From positions 1-64,000 of IMG/VR virus record IMGVR_UViG_3300023210_000011: a stretch of DNA of 64,000 nt. One strand, 5' to 3'. Origin of the DNA: a virus. This document shows positions 44,319 to 54,135 of this stretch, piece by piece. A program made the position numbers and the translations under genes. How positions within the stretch are numbered: the stretch's first letter is position 1; each line of letters begins with the position of its first letter. The notes beneath the pieces were generated by a model. It worked only from the letters and a program-made list of their open reading frames with translations, did not search any database and was not told where the DNA came from.

Positions 44319-44669
44319 TCATCCGACCTGGGCGTACCCATCTCGGACCAGCCCCAGTCGGCGGGGCTGGTCCATGATGATGTGACGCACCTTTCTCGAC
44401 ACATCCTCCTTACTCCTGTTGGGCCAGCCTTCCGCCAGCCACCACATCGCCTCCCTGCCGGTCATCAAGACCGAGATGTCGAGCACCTCGATCTTGACGT
44501 CGAGGAACTCAGGCCTTTGAGTAACTGGCTCCCTGCCCGTCCCCGACGACAAGTTCTTCGCGAACTTGTCGTCGTCCCGGCGGGCCTGGCGGCCCGCCTG
44601 GTTCTGGCTGTCGATTGCCTGGATGGCGCCGACAGCCGCGGCAACGATGCCGCAAGTCACAAAGAACAT
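44319..44669 (-). CDS. membrane-anchored hypothetical protein
   Basis: hydrophobic N-terminus; AGGAGG RBS; promoter motif at 44691. Confidence 0.65.
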   Translation of the reverse strand: MFFVTCGIVAAAVGAIQAIDSQNQAGRQARRDDDKFAKNLSSGTGREPVTQRPEFLDVKIEVLDISVLMTGREAMWWLAEGWPNRSKEDVSRKVRHIIMDQPRRLGLVRDGYAQVG

Positions 44670-44716
44670 CGTTCCTCCTGTGTACTATACTTATGCCCGA
44701 TTCCGAGGTGTAATCC

Positions 44717-47700
44717 ATGATTACCGCCCAGCAGGTGGCCCAGGGAATGGCCCTTCAGCAGCAGCAGCACTCGATGCTGACCGCTGGCGCGTCCGGAATG
44801 ATGCAGGCACAGCCTGCGATGGGCATGTCGCAGTACCCGCCGCAGTTCAGCTACGCGATGCCGAGCAACCCCAACCACGGTCGTGCGGCGCTGGGCAGTT
44901 CAATGGTGATGGGCGGCATGACGGGCGGCATCAACGCTGCCAGCTCCATCGCCAACCTCGCGGCGATCCCGGCGACTGCTGCGGGAATCGGCAGTTTGGG
45001 ATTCGCAGGGGCCAACTTCCTCGGACTGGGCGGCGGCGCTACCGCGGCCTCTCTCGGGGCCATGTCCGGAGGATTCATGACAGGGGCTGCCCTTCCCATG
45101 GCGGGCCTCGGCGTTGCTGCGGGCACGGCCTCGGCGATGAGATCTGGCATGCAGCAGACGCAGCAGGTCAACCAGCTCTTCGGCGGGATGCAGTTCGCCA
45201 ACATGGGCGGAGACCCTCGAACAGGTCGAGGATTCAGCCAGAACGACCTCGGGCAGATTCAGAGAGGAATCCGGGCTATCAACGCCAACAATCCCTTTGT
45301 GTCCATGTCGGATGCGCTCCGCTCATCCGAGCAGTTCACCGATATGGGGATGCACCAGGGGGTGCAGGACGCCGAGAAGATGGCGCGCAAGCTCACAGAG
45401 ATGGGCAAGACGATGCACCAGATGGCGCGGATCATGGGCACTTCCATGGAGGAGGCCGGCAAGGCGATGGGTTCGATGCGTTCTTCCGGGTTCTACTCGG
45501 CCTCCGATGTCATGGGGAACACGGCAGACATGAACTTGATGCGCGGCTACGGCATGACCTCAGACCGGTTCGCCGGCATGCAGGCTTCCGGGGCTGCCGC
45601 GACTCGAGGAGCACAGCTCTCCGGACGCGCAGGCGCCGGATTCGTCACGGGGGCTGCCCAGGACATCATGAGCGGCATCCGTACGGGCGCGCTGTCTGGT
45701 GAGCAGATCATGGACATCACAGGGGGCCGGGATCCCCTGGAAGCGGCACAGATGATGGCGCAGCAGTCCCTCGGGGCCACCATGCAGGGGCTCTCCGGTC
45801 CTGGAGGGACTGCGATGTTGGCCGCTATGGGGACCATGAAAGACGGGAAGTTCACGGGAGGGATCGACGCAGGGGTGATGCGTCAGATGGCCGAAGGGAA
45901 GCTGGGCCTCCGGGACCTGAGTGCCCGAGGCCAGAAGAAGGTCGGGTCAAGTCGGAGCTCGCAGGTGTCCTTTGTCGCGAACCAGAAGGACATCATGGAT
46001 ACTGCTCTCCAGAGTCCCGAGATGTCGGAGGCGCTGCTCAACGTCATCCGAACCGAGGCCCGTGAGATGGGGGACGAGAGCGAGGAGTACCTGCAGGTCC
46101 TGGCACAGACACAGTTCAACATGGATCGACGCCAGTTCCGCATCCTCTCTCGCATGGCTGAAGATCGGAAGAAGGGCCACCGTGAGCGCCTGTCGAGCCT
46201 GAAGCGCGAGGTGGACACTTCATCGCGCTCTGCCTACCTCCGTGAGAATCGCACCCTCGGTGGATTTGTCCAGAAGGCGACGGGCGGGGCCGCAGATCTG
46301 TGGCAGCAGGGCGCCGTTGACTTCTTCAGTGACGCCTCTCGGGACATTACCGAGGGGTTCCAGGAGGCCGAGCGTCGGATCTACGGGGACACGGAGGTTT
46401 CGGTCTCCAGATCTGCCATCCAGGACGTAATCATGGCGGGGAAGGGCAACTCCTCCGCGCTGTCGAAGGTGAGCCCCACGGTGGCTGCACGCCACGCGAT
46501 GTCCACGGGGAACATGGATGCGTTCACCGGGACGCTGGGGGTCTCGGATGAGCTCCTGGGCAGTGTAGACCTCGAGGGGGTCAACCAAGGAGCGCGGGCG
46601 GCGATGTCTGCCGAGCGTGGCGGAGTGGCGGCCCGTAAGCTGGGCCTCCCAAGCGGGCGGAGTGCCAAATTGGAAGCCCTGCGCGCCGAGGTGCGCGACC
46701 AGGTAAGGGGGAAGGGGTCAGTTGCAACCCCTGCCGAGATCGACGCCATCATCGCGAAGTCCGGGGCTGCCGGGGCGCGGTTGATTGCCCAGGACAAGTC
46801 CCAGACCCGGGTGTGGGAGGACGGATGGAACAAGGTCCCATCCTTCGGCGCCAGAGGCGGTGCCGCGGACAGTGTCATCGCCAGTCAGAAGAGCCTGGCG
46901 GCCGAGTCGGGCCTGGACGACCTCTCCAACGAGGCCGCTGGCGCCGCCGTGGCCTTCTTGGGCTCTCGTATGGTGGCAACCGGCGCCGTGCTGGCGGTGG
47001 TAGGAGGGCCGATGGGTTGGGCTGCGGGAGCAACGACCATCGCAGCTGGAGTGGCCGTTGGCGGCGTGGGGATACTCATGGGTTTGGGGGACTCAGACCT
47101 GGATGACATGCAGGAGGACTTCACCTCTGGCAAGGCGGGCACCGAGCTTGTTGCCGACTACGCGGACAAGGACAAGCAGGTCAAGATCGATGAGATCATC
47201 GCGGACGCCGCCGCGTCATCCAACACCCTGGCCGAGGGCCGAGAGAAGGCCGCCAAGAACCTCTCAAAGCTCTTGGGCCGTCCGGTGTCCGCGCGAGACG
47301 TGGAGATCGCGGACACGGTGATGCAGAAGCGCACCAACAAGAATGCGGCGGAGCGCAAGACCCTCACTTCCGCAGAGCGGGAGAAGATGGTCAAGGTCGC
47401 CAAAATGGGGAAGGCGCAGGTCGGCCTGGTCGCCACCAAGCGGGTAGCGGAGAGCCTCAAAGGTCTCGGGAACGAGATCGGAATGGCGGATGTGGATGAG
47501 ACTACGAGAGCTGCATTCCGGAAGGCCACCTCGGGGCTTGCCGGAGGGGATGGAGACGCCTTCGAGAACCTGGGCTCCGCCCTGCGTGCAGCTGCGGGAG
47601 GAGGATTTGAGGTCGGGGAGAATGCCTCGGGCACACGGCAGATCTTCGGGCTGGGCGTGGACGCCTACAACGAGCTGCAGGGGATGGGAGAAGACGGCCT

Positions 47701-48064
47701 CACCCTCGAAGAGATGGCCACGGTCACGAACTACAAGAAGGAGGATCTCGAGAAGATCCTCAAGAGGGTCGGGGTCTCGGCTACTGGTGGCGTAGTTAAG
47801 GGCCGCCGCGACATCGAGAAGGTCACTGGAGCCCTCTCCTCCCAGATGGTTGCAGGGGTACTCACGGAGGGGAAGGAGGGCATCCAGAGGGTCCTTGACT
47901 CTGGGAAGACACAGGAGCAGATCACAGCGGAGGCTGTGACTGCCATGACCACCGCGGTCAACCAGTCGGTCGAGATGACTGAAGCCCTCTACAAGACCGT
48001 GAGGAACGAGGGCCTTGACGTCCAGCTCGTAGATCCTGACAGCGCAGCTAAGGGGGAGAAGTAG
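44717..48064 (+). CDS. tape measure protein
   Basis: 1115 aa, Ala/Gly/Met/Ser-rich, helical with hydrophobic GxxxG stretches; precedes baseplate genes. Confidence 0.75.
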   Translation: MITAQQVAQGMALQQQQHSMLTAGASGMMQAQPAMGMSQYPPQFSYAMPSNPNHGRAALGSSMVMGGMTGGINAASSIANLAAIPATAAGIGSLGFAGANFLGLGGGATAASLGAMSGGFMTGAALPMAGLGVAAGTASAMRSGMQQTQQVNQLFGGMQFANMGGDPRTGRGFSQNDLGQIQRGIRAINANNPFVSMSDALRSSEQFTDMGMHQGVQDAEKMARKLTEMGKTMHQMARIMGTSMEEAGKAMGSMRSSGFYSASDVMGNTADMNLMRGYGMTSDRFAGMQASGAAATRGAQLSGRAGAGFVTGAAQDIMSGIRTGALSGEQIMDITGGRDPLEAAQMMAQQSLGATMQGLSGPGGTAMLAAMGTMKDGKFTGGIDAGVMRQMAEGKLGLRDLSARGQKKVGSSRSSQVSFVANQKDIMDTALQSPEMSEALLNVIRTEAREMGDESEEYLQVLAQTQFNMDRRQFRILSRMAEDRKKGHRERLSSLKREVDTSSRSAYLRENRTLGGFVQKATGGAADLWQQGAVDFFSDASRDITEGFQEAERRIYGDTEVSVSRSAIQDVIMAGKGNSSALSKVSPTVAARHAMSTGNMDAFTGTLGVSDELLGSVDLEGVNQGARAAMSAERGGVAARKLGLPSGRSAKLEALRAEVRDQVRGKGSVATPAEIDAIIAKSGAAGARLIAQDKSQTRVWEDGWNKVPSFGARGGAADSVIASQKSLAAESGLDDLSNEAAGAAVAFLGSRMVATGAVLAVVGGPMGWAAGATTIAAGVAVGGVGILMGLGDSDLDDMQEDFTSGKAGTELVADYADKDKQVKIDEIIADAAASSNTLAEGREKAAKNLSKLLGRPVSARDVEIADTVMQKRTNKNAAERKTLTSAEREKMVKVAKMGKAQVGLVATKRVAESLKGLGNEIGMADVDETTRAAFRKATSGLAGGDGDAFENLGSALRAAAGGGFEVGENASGTRQIFGLGVDAYNELQGMGEDGLTLEEMATVTNYKKEDLEKILKRVGVSATGGVVKGRRDIEKVTGALSSQMVAGVLTEGKEGIQRVLDSGKTQEQITAEAVTAMTTAVNQSVEMTEALYKTVRNEGLDVQLVDPDSAAKGEK

Positions 48065-48319
48065 ATGAGTGACGACACCCAGATCGCTTCCAGGATTTCC
48101 GACACCCGCCCGGAGTCTTCTTTCGCATACCGAGACGAGCGAGGGATCAACCGGGAGGTCCGCATCGTGGACTACCCGACCCCCGACGACATCGCTCGGC
48201 AGGGGATGATGCAGGCGGCAGGGGAGATCGCCCTGGGTACCGGATACTCTTCCACCATGGACTACGACATGGTGACGGAGATGATCCGTACTCGAGTCCC
48301 TGTGCGGAGGACCCGATGA
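48065..48319 (+). CDS. hypothetical protein
   Basis: ORF track; coupled. Confidence 0.6.
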   Translation: MSDDTQIASRISDTRPESSFAYRDERGINREVRIVDYPTPDDIARQGMMQAAGEIALGTGYSSTMDYDMVTEMIRTRVPVRRTR

Positions 48320-49989
48320 GCACACCTGCGATCTTCCAGGCTCCCCTCGCGGCGGACTTCGCGGGAAGGCAGGGTCTCCATGTCTACGACGCCACCGATA
48401 CCGCAACTGTGGCCATCGAAGGTGTGGCGAGTTCCAAATTCGTACGCCGGCCCATGCGAGGGATCGTCGTCAAGAAAGACACGTACGCCAGCATCACGGT
48501 CGTCACTGCTGGGGGCGCGGCAGGGCTGTCGCTGCGGAATAGCAGTCATCCCCCCGGCACTCCCCCGAACTACACGTCGAACTTCGTCCTGCAGTCCGTG
48601 ACAGAGACCCGGAACGAGAAGGCGCAGTTCGTCACCACCTTCGGGGCCACCTACGCGTTCTTCTTCGGGGAGCAGCCACGGATCATCAACTGCTCTGCGA
48701 TCCTGCCGAACACGGCGGACTTTGAGTGGAGCAAGGAGTGGTGGCTCAACTACGAAGAGCGGCTCCGTGGGACCTCCCTGGCGAGCACGAACACGAAGGT
48801 GCGACTCCAGTACGATGAGCAGGTGGTCACCGGCTACCTGACAAACTGCACCACCATCCAGACCTCCATGGAGCCCAACTCCCTGCAGGTCAACTTCTCC
48901 CTCTTCGTAGAGAGCATCACCCGAGGTGGAGGTTCGAGAGAGTCTGATGCGCGGGCGTACCGTCGCTCGGGAACCTCAGACTACCTGGGAGTCGGTGCCT
49001 TGGATGATGTCCAGGATACCGCGCTGCTGGCCGACAGCTCCACGGCGGCTGTCCGCAAGACGAACATCAAGCTGTCCCCTCTGTCCGCTGGTGCTCCCGG
49101 GGCGATGAGCAAGTTCCTCTCTGCTCTGAACGAGATCGACGCAGCGATGGACAACGGAGTCCGCAAGATCCGGAATGCCCTCTACGGGCGGAACTTGGTC
49201 GTGCCGGTCAGCTTCACTTCCAGTCGAGCGAGCCGTGCCATCTTCGCGTCGGGCTCGGCGTCGGAAGACCTGGCGGGCCTGGAGGTCACGAACTTCTTTG
49301 GCGCGTCTCTCCTGGCGTTCAGCGACGGCACACCCCGTCCGGGACAGAACTCCGTGACGCTTCGCACGAACACGGATGGGTTCCTGGCCCTGGATGCGGC
49401 GCGCAAGGTCCAGAACGACGCGGTCTTCAACTTCCAGAACTTCGACGAGTACGTCAACTACCCGACTGCGACCTATGTGTCTGAGATCGGAGACCAGGCG
49501 ATCCGGGAATCTGAGCTCCGTGAGCTCGGCAGTGAGGAGGCCTTCTACAGCAACCGCGGGATCGCGGCATTCCAGGCATTTGGAATCAACGTGGCACCCT
49601 TCCCGCAGGTCCCCGGGGTGCCTCTTGAGCGCCAGGACACCGACATGGTGGTGCAGACCGCCCTCGGCTACCGGAGTGCGGCTGCGGCCAAGCAGCGCAC
49701 CGGGGAGATCGTGAGGACGATCGCCCGTGCGGCATTCGGCGTCGCAGTGCTCGGCTACGGGTACAGCGTGGTGAACGCACGGCGCCGTCTGCAGGAGAGT
49801 GTGAACAACCCGAACTCCGGAGGGCTCTCCGCATCTCAGCGTCAGGAGCTCCAGGGCAAGATCGACCGTGCTCAGAGGACTGAGGAGCAGCGCCGCTTGG
49901 TCAGCGAGGCTGCGGCGGCAGACCTCCGGGGCGAGACCGGCACGGTCTACCCGGGGACCCTGGGTGCGGCCCTCTCGGTGGTGCTGTGA
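48316..49989 (+). CDS. tail tube initiator / baseplate-associated protein
   Basis: position after tape measure; LQSVTETRNEKAQFVTTFG..Y.FFFGEQPR beta-rich tube-like segment. Confidence 0.55.
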   Translation: MSTPAIFQAPLAADFAGRQGLHVYDATDTATVAIEGVASSKFVRRPMRGIVVKKDTYASITVVTAGGAAGLSLRNSSHPPGTPPNYTSNFVLQSVTETRNEKAQFVTTFGATYAFFFGEQPRIINCSAILPNTADFEWSKEWWLNYEERLRGTSLASTNTKVRLQYDEQVVTGYLTNCTTIQTSMEPNSLQVNFSLFVESITRGGGSRESDARAYRRSGTSDYLGVGALDDVQDTALLADSSTAAVRKTNIKLSPLSAGAPGAMSKFLSALNEIDAAMDNGVRKIRNALYGRNLVVPVSFTSSRASRAIFASGSASEDLAGLEVTNFFGASLLAFSDGTPRPGQNSVTLRTNTDGFLALDAARKVQNDAVFNFQNFDEYVNYPTATYVSEIGDQAIRESELRELGSEEAFYSNRGIAAFQAFGINVAPFPQVPGVPLERQDTDMVVQTALGYRSAAAAKQRTGEIVRTIARAAFGVAVLGYGYSVVNARRRLQESVNNPNSGGLSASQRQELQGKIDRAQRTEEQRRLVSEAAAADLRGETGTVYPGTLGAALSVVL

Positions 49990-52900
49990 GCTCCCCCGGG
50001 TTCCACCTGCATCTCCGGCTGTTCCTCGAGGGCCTCGAGGTCCCGGTGATTGGTGCGTCGGTCACCACGCAGATCGGCTCCGCGGCGACCGCGAACATCC
50101 AGGTGGTGCCGGACGACGCGCTACTCGAGCTGCTGCCCCGCACGGTGGTCCATCTCTTCGTACTGGACTCCATGGAGTTCGCAGCCAGTGGCCGGACTCA
50201 GAGAGCCGGGGACGACTTCTACAAGCTGCTCTTCTGTGGGGAAGTCTCTGGGGTCCAGTTCTCGAAGGCAGGGGCCGGTTCACGGTCGGCCTCGCTGAAC
50301 TGCATGGATTTCTCGAACGTCTGGGACACGAACTACGCGTTCTCCCTGAACTTCGGAGCCAGCAGCGGGGACGCCACGACCATCGAGAACCGCTCAGCGT
50401 TCTTGGCGATCTCTCAGCCGTCGTTCGACAACATCATCCAGACTCCCGCGACGCTCGTGCGGTTGATCTCTCAGCAGAGGCCGCAGGCAGCGGGCCAAGC
50501 AGGGGCGCAGTCTGTGCTCGGAGGGCTGTTCAGCGTCCTGGAGGCGCTCAGTGGCGTCCAGGGGGCCTTCATGGGCGCAGGGCCCTGGCCCACAGTCCAG
50601 GAGAGGCGCACACGCGTCCTGGACTCCATCGTGTCCGATTCTGGGGAGACCGCTGCGGCGCTCTACTCCGCTGCGACGTTCTCTGAGTGGCTGAAGGGCC
50701 GACAGGGGCAGGTGGGAGCAGTCAGCTCGTTCCGCGACACCATCAACATGATCCTCGGGTTCATCTTCTACGATTTCGTGCCGAATCCGGCACCGAAGTA
50801 CATCAGAGGAGAGGACGCGGAGAAGGAGCACCCTGGTCGGGATGTGCCCTATTCATCCAAGGGCGCCCTCCGAGAGAAGATCCTGTCGGAGTTCTCTGCC
50901 AAGGACGGTGTGGTCAGCGATCCGCGAAAGCTGATCAACCTCAACCTCGAGTTCTTGGAGAAGGTGGTCATCCTGCTGTCCGGCCTCAAGGAGCGGGTCG
51001 GAGACCCTCTGATCTACAAAGGGCCGGGATCTGCCCCTGGTGGAGAGGACACGGGGTACAAGTTCGATTTCCGGATCCACGACGGGTGGCGCGAAGATGA
51101 CGTCATCAGCACGGCGCACGAGCGTGGGTTCGCAATTGACATCGGGCATCCCCAGTTCTCCGGGAGGCTGTTCGCAGGAAGTATGCCCTTCAACCTCAAA
51201 GATGGGGTGGCCCAGCCGACTCTGCTGGAAGAGGCCGTTGGTGTGCAGGGGAAGTTCCGGCACGTCATGTACCAGTGGGAGGCGCTGGGAAAGGGTAAAC
51301 TGTCGAATCTCTGGGATCTGGAGATGGCCGCGCAGGACGAGGCATACCGGCGCCTCTGGGCATCTGGTCAGGAGATCTACGACGATATTCAGATGCTGAA
51401 GGCGCTTAGCGCCTGGGTGGACGTGGTCCTGGTAGAGACCGACAAAGATCCAGACCTCCAGTCGGGAGGGGACCCCCTCGATTGGCCCTTGACCCCAGAT
51501 CCGCTCTTCGCGCTGGTCGGCGTGGCCAACGATCCTGTTCATGTCCAGGACCGGCACCACAAGACCAAGTTCTCCGAAGCTGAGGGAACCCTCCAGGCGG
51601 GGGCGACCGGAAGGGGAGTCAGAGAGAGGCTCAACTCTTTCATCTTCCGGCCCAACATCTGGTTTGCGGCACCGCCGCGGTGCAATGTCATCTACCCAGA
51701 TCAGGTCACATCTTTCAGCATGCAGCGGGCCATGCTCCGAGAGACTACGCGACTGCAGCTCAACATCGCGTTCGACCAGATCAAGGAGAAGACGAAGCAG
51801 TTGGACCGTCTGGCGTTCGCCCCCAAGCTGGTGGGAGAGGAGCAGAACGTCCAGAAGGGGCTCGGGAGCGCAGACAAGGTGATCATCCACGATCACGAGG
51901 TCTACAGCGGCGTCATCCCGAAGTTCGAGCGAGCCTCGGACCTCCTCTACTACCGGCTGAAGGGAGTGGAAACGGGAAGCGGCACGGAGTCTGAGTCTCG
52001 GATCGACACTTTCGCAGACCGCCTCGCGCACTTCCACCTGCTCTCGAATCGGTACCTGTCGCGCAGTGCGTCTGTGGCCGGAGTGTTCAACCTGAACCTC
52101 GTCTGCGGGTTCCCTGGCGTCGTGGTTGGGGCCCCCCTGTCTGCCTACGAACTGCAGAAGACGGAGAAGGGAGCCCGCTCTGACAGAGTCCACTGGTTGG
52201 GGATGCTCTCGTCAGTCACGCACTCGATCACGCAGGGCGGCGCCCAGACAAACGTGTCGCTCACGCATGTCCGGTCGCACCGTACGGGTGATAGGACGGA
52301 CGATCTCTTCTCTGAGAACATCAATAGCAGCGGGCAGCTGACGATCCAGAGCCGCGCAGAGATTCTTCAGGGGCAGGGGATCTTCTCCGTGGAGTCCGGG
52401 ACCTCTATCGGGGTCTTGAACTCCACCCCCGAGTCGGTGCCTTCGCGCCTGGGGCTGCCGCTGGACGAAGATCCGAACTCCCTCTACTTCTGGGAGGCCC
52501 TCGGAGTCCTCATCGGAGACTTTCGGACGTACCTCAGAAACCTGCCGAAAATCTACGGGGATCGTGCGGGCTTCCTCATCGACCCGAGCACGTTCCCTCC
52601 CACTGACCTGACCGCGACAGGGGTGCAGGCCGGGCAGTCTGTAGCGATCCCAGAAGTTCCAGTGCCCGGGGGCAAGACCACCAAGGGCGTCATCTGGACG
52701 GGGCCGCCCACCACGGTGGCAATCCGTGCCCGGGGGTCCATGCCTCCAGGAGAGGAAGTTGTAGCGGTACTCGAGGTGGACTCTCCCTTTTCCATACAGA
52801 ATCAGACCGGCGGCACCATCACGCAGTTCGTGAAGGAGAAGAAGTCCGCTGCGTTCTGGGACTCTGAGGACGTCCACGGCGTCGTAGAATTCCTGGTCAC

Positions 52901-53648
52901 GCTGCCCGGAAGTACGCTGACGGTAGAGGAAGTTGACGCGGACGCGCGCCTTGGCTTGCCGGTGGAGGAGGCCATCCGTCCCTCTTGGATCTCGTCGGAC
53001 TACAGCACCGAGAAGGTAGAGACGGGCAACATCACCAAGATCTCAGAGCGGGTGTACCTGCCGTTCTTCGGCTCACCGTGTATCGTCGACCGGGTCTTGT
53101 CTGAGGATCCGCCGGAAGGCCTGGTTCGCCATTCTGTGGAGCAGGCCGTAGACCGCCTGGTGTGGGACTACTCCGAGGCTGTGGACAAGGGTTCCCGCTA
53201 CGTTCTCCAGTTCATCCATGGGTCTACCCACAGGAAGGTGGCCACTCTCCGCGAGGTGCTTGCGGACAAGACCCAGAAGCTCGGACCCGATGGGTGGGTC
53301 CATGAGCCTCGTGGGCCAGGTGGATTCAAGGACAGGAAGTACGCCCGGTACGGGGGATTCCACTCCAACGCTGTGAACTTCGGTCTTGTGGACTATGGAT
53401 CCGAGCTCGAGTTCCTCGACTTGGAGGGTCCGCTACGTTCCCGATATGGGTCGGGGCGGGAAGATCTGTCCAAGCAGATCACCAACGAGCTCGATCCCCG
53501 GGCTGAGCGTGCCCGCCGGGTAATCCGGTACCGGGGCCAGGTCCGGGCAGCGACATCGCTGACCAAGCGGCCCCGAGTGTCCTTGAGCCCCGATGGCGAG
53601 GATGCTACGATCCAAAATACTCCCCTCGGCATCGCCAAAAGAGGCTGA
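49986..53648 (+). CDS. baseplate hub protein (gp27/gp44-like) with inserted M15-like peptidase segment
   Basis: N-terminal LRLFLEGLEVPVIGASV...ATANIQV; internal DGWR...AHERGFAIDI. Confidence 0.6.
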   Translation: MSSPGFHLHLRLFLEGLEVPVIGASVTTQIGSAATANIQVVPDDALLELLPRTVVHLFVLDSMEFAASGRTQRAGDDFYKLLFCGEVSGVQFSKAGAGSRSASLNCMDFSNVWDTNYAFSLNFGASSGDATTIENRSAFLAISQPSFDNIIQTPATLVRLISQQRPQAAGQAGAQSVLGGLFSVLEALSGVQGAFMGAGPWPTVQERRTRVLDSIVSDSGETAAALYSAATFSEWLKGRQGQVGAVSSFRDTINMILGFIFYDFVPNPAPKYIRGEDAEKEHPGRDVPYSSKGALREKILSEFSAKDGVVSDPRKLINLNLEFLEKVVILLSGLKERVGDPLIYKGPGSAPGGEDTGYKFDFRIHDGWREDDVISTAHERGFAIDIGHPQFSGRLFAGSMPFNLKDGVAQPTLLEEAVGVQGKFRHVMYQWEALGKGKLSNLWDLEMAAQDEAYRRLWASGQEIYDDIQMLKALSAWVDVVLVETDKDPDLQSGGDPLDWPLTPDPLFALVGVANDPVHVQDRHHKTKFSEAEGTLQAGATGRGVRERLNSFIFRPNIWFAAPPRCNVIYPDQVTSFSMQRAMLRETTRLQLNIAFDQIKEKTKQLDRLAFAPKLVGEEQNVQKGLGSADKVIIHDHEVYSGVIPKFERASDLLYYRLKGVETGSGTESESRIDTFADRLAHFHLLSNRYLSRSASVAGVFNLNLVCGFPGVVVGAPLSAYELQKTEKGARSDRVHWLGMLSSVTHSITQGGAQTNVSLTHVRSHRTGDRTDDLFSENINSSGQLTIQSRAEILQGQGIFSVESGTSIGVLNSTPESVPSRLGLPLDEDPNSLYFWEALGVLIGDFRTYLRNLPKIYGDRAGFLIDPSTFPPTDLTATGVQAGQSVAIPEVPVPGGKTTKGVIWTGPPTTVAIRARGSMPPGEEVVAVLEVDSPFSIQNQTGGTITQFVKEKKSAAFWDSEDVHGVVEFLVTLPGSTLTVEEVDADARLGLPVEEAIRPSWISSDYSTEKVETGNITKISERVYLPFFGSPCIVDRVLSEDPPEGLVRHSVEQAVDRLVWDYSEAVDKGSRYVLQFIHGSTHRKVATLREVLADKTQKLGPDGWVHEPRGPGGFKDRKYARYGGFHSNAVNFGLVDYGSELEFLDLEGPLRSRYGSGREDLSKQITNELDPRAERARRVIRYRGQVRAATSLTKRPRVSLSPDGEDATIQNTPLGIAKRG

Positions 53649-53650
53649 TC

Positions 53651-53893
53651 ATGATCGACCCGAACATCTCTGCGTTCTTCTTCGACGAGCTCACGAAGGA
53701 GGCCCTGAGTGGCAAACACCTCGGCGGAGCAGCTCTCGTCGGCGGCGGCGTCATCGCCGGTGCCGTGGGCAAGGATGCTCTCCAGGACCGCAAGGAGGGT
53801 CGCGTCATCCGCGCGCAGCGCGAGATGCAGCAGCGTCAGATGATGCAGGCCATGAAGCGTCGGAAGTCGGGCGCCTCCCAGGGGGGCTACTGA
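53651..53893 (+). CDS. small protein with FFFDELTKEA leader and glycine zipper
   Basis: ORF track; leader resembles that of 9434..10012. Confidence 0.7.
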   Translation: MIDPNISAFFFDELTKEALSGKHLGGAALVGGGVIAGAVGKDALQDRKEGRVIRAQREMQQRQMMQAMKRRKSGASQGGY

Positions 53894-54135
53894 TGGCCAA
53901 CGACCTCTTCCAGCGAGACCATCACCTGTCTCACGCCGCAGAGATGTCGAACGTGGCCAACACGAACGAGATCTTGGATGATCTCTTCACCCGACGTGAC
54001 GATCTGGCCGCCCGGTCCTACCGGCAGCTCTCGGGCCTGTTCTCCGGCAAGGAGCACTACGGGCGCAACACCCGCTTGGGCATGTCTGCTCGCGAGGCCG
54101 GTCGCCTGGTGAACCGGGCATTCTCGGATGGCTGA
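53893..54135 (+). CDS. hypothetical protein
   Basis: 3' part of ORF 53593..54135; TGATG coupling. Confidence 0.6.
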   Translation: MANDLFQRDHHLSHAAEMSNVANTNEILDDLFTRRDDLAARSYRQLSGLFSGKEHYGRNTRLGMSAREAGRLVNRAFSDG

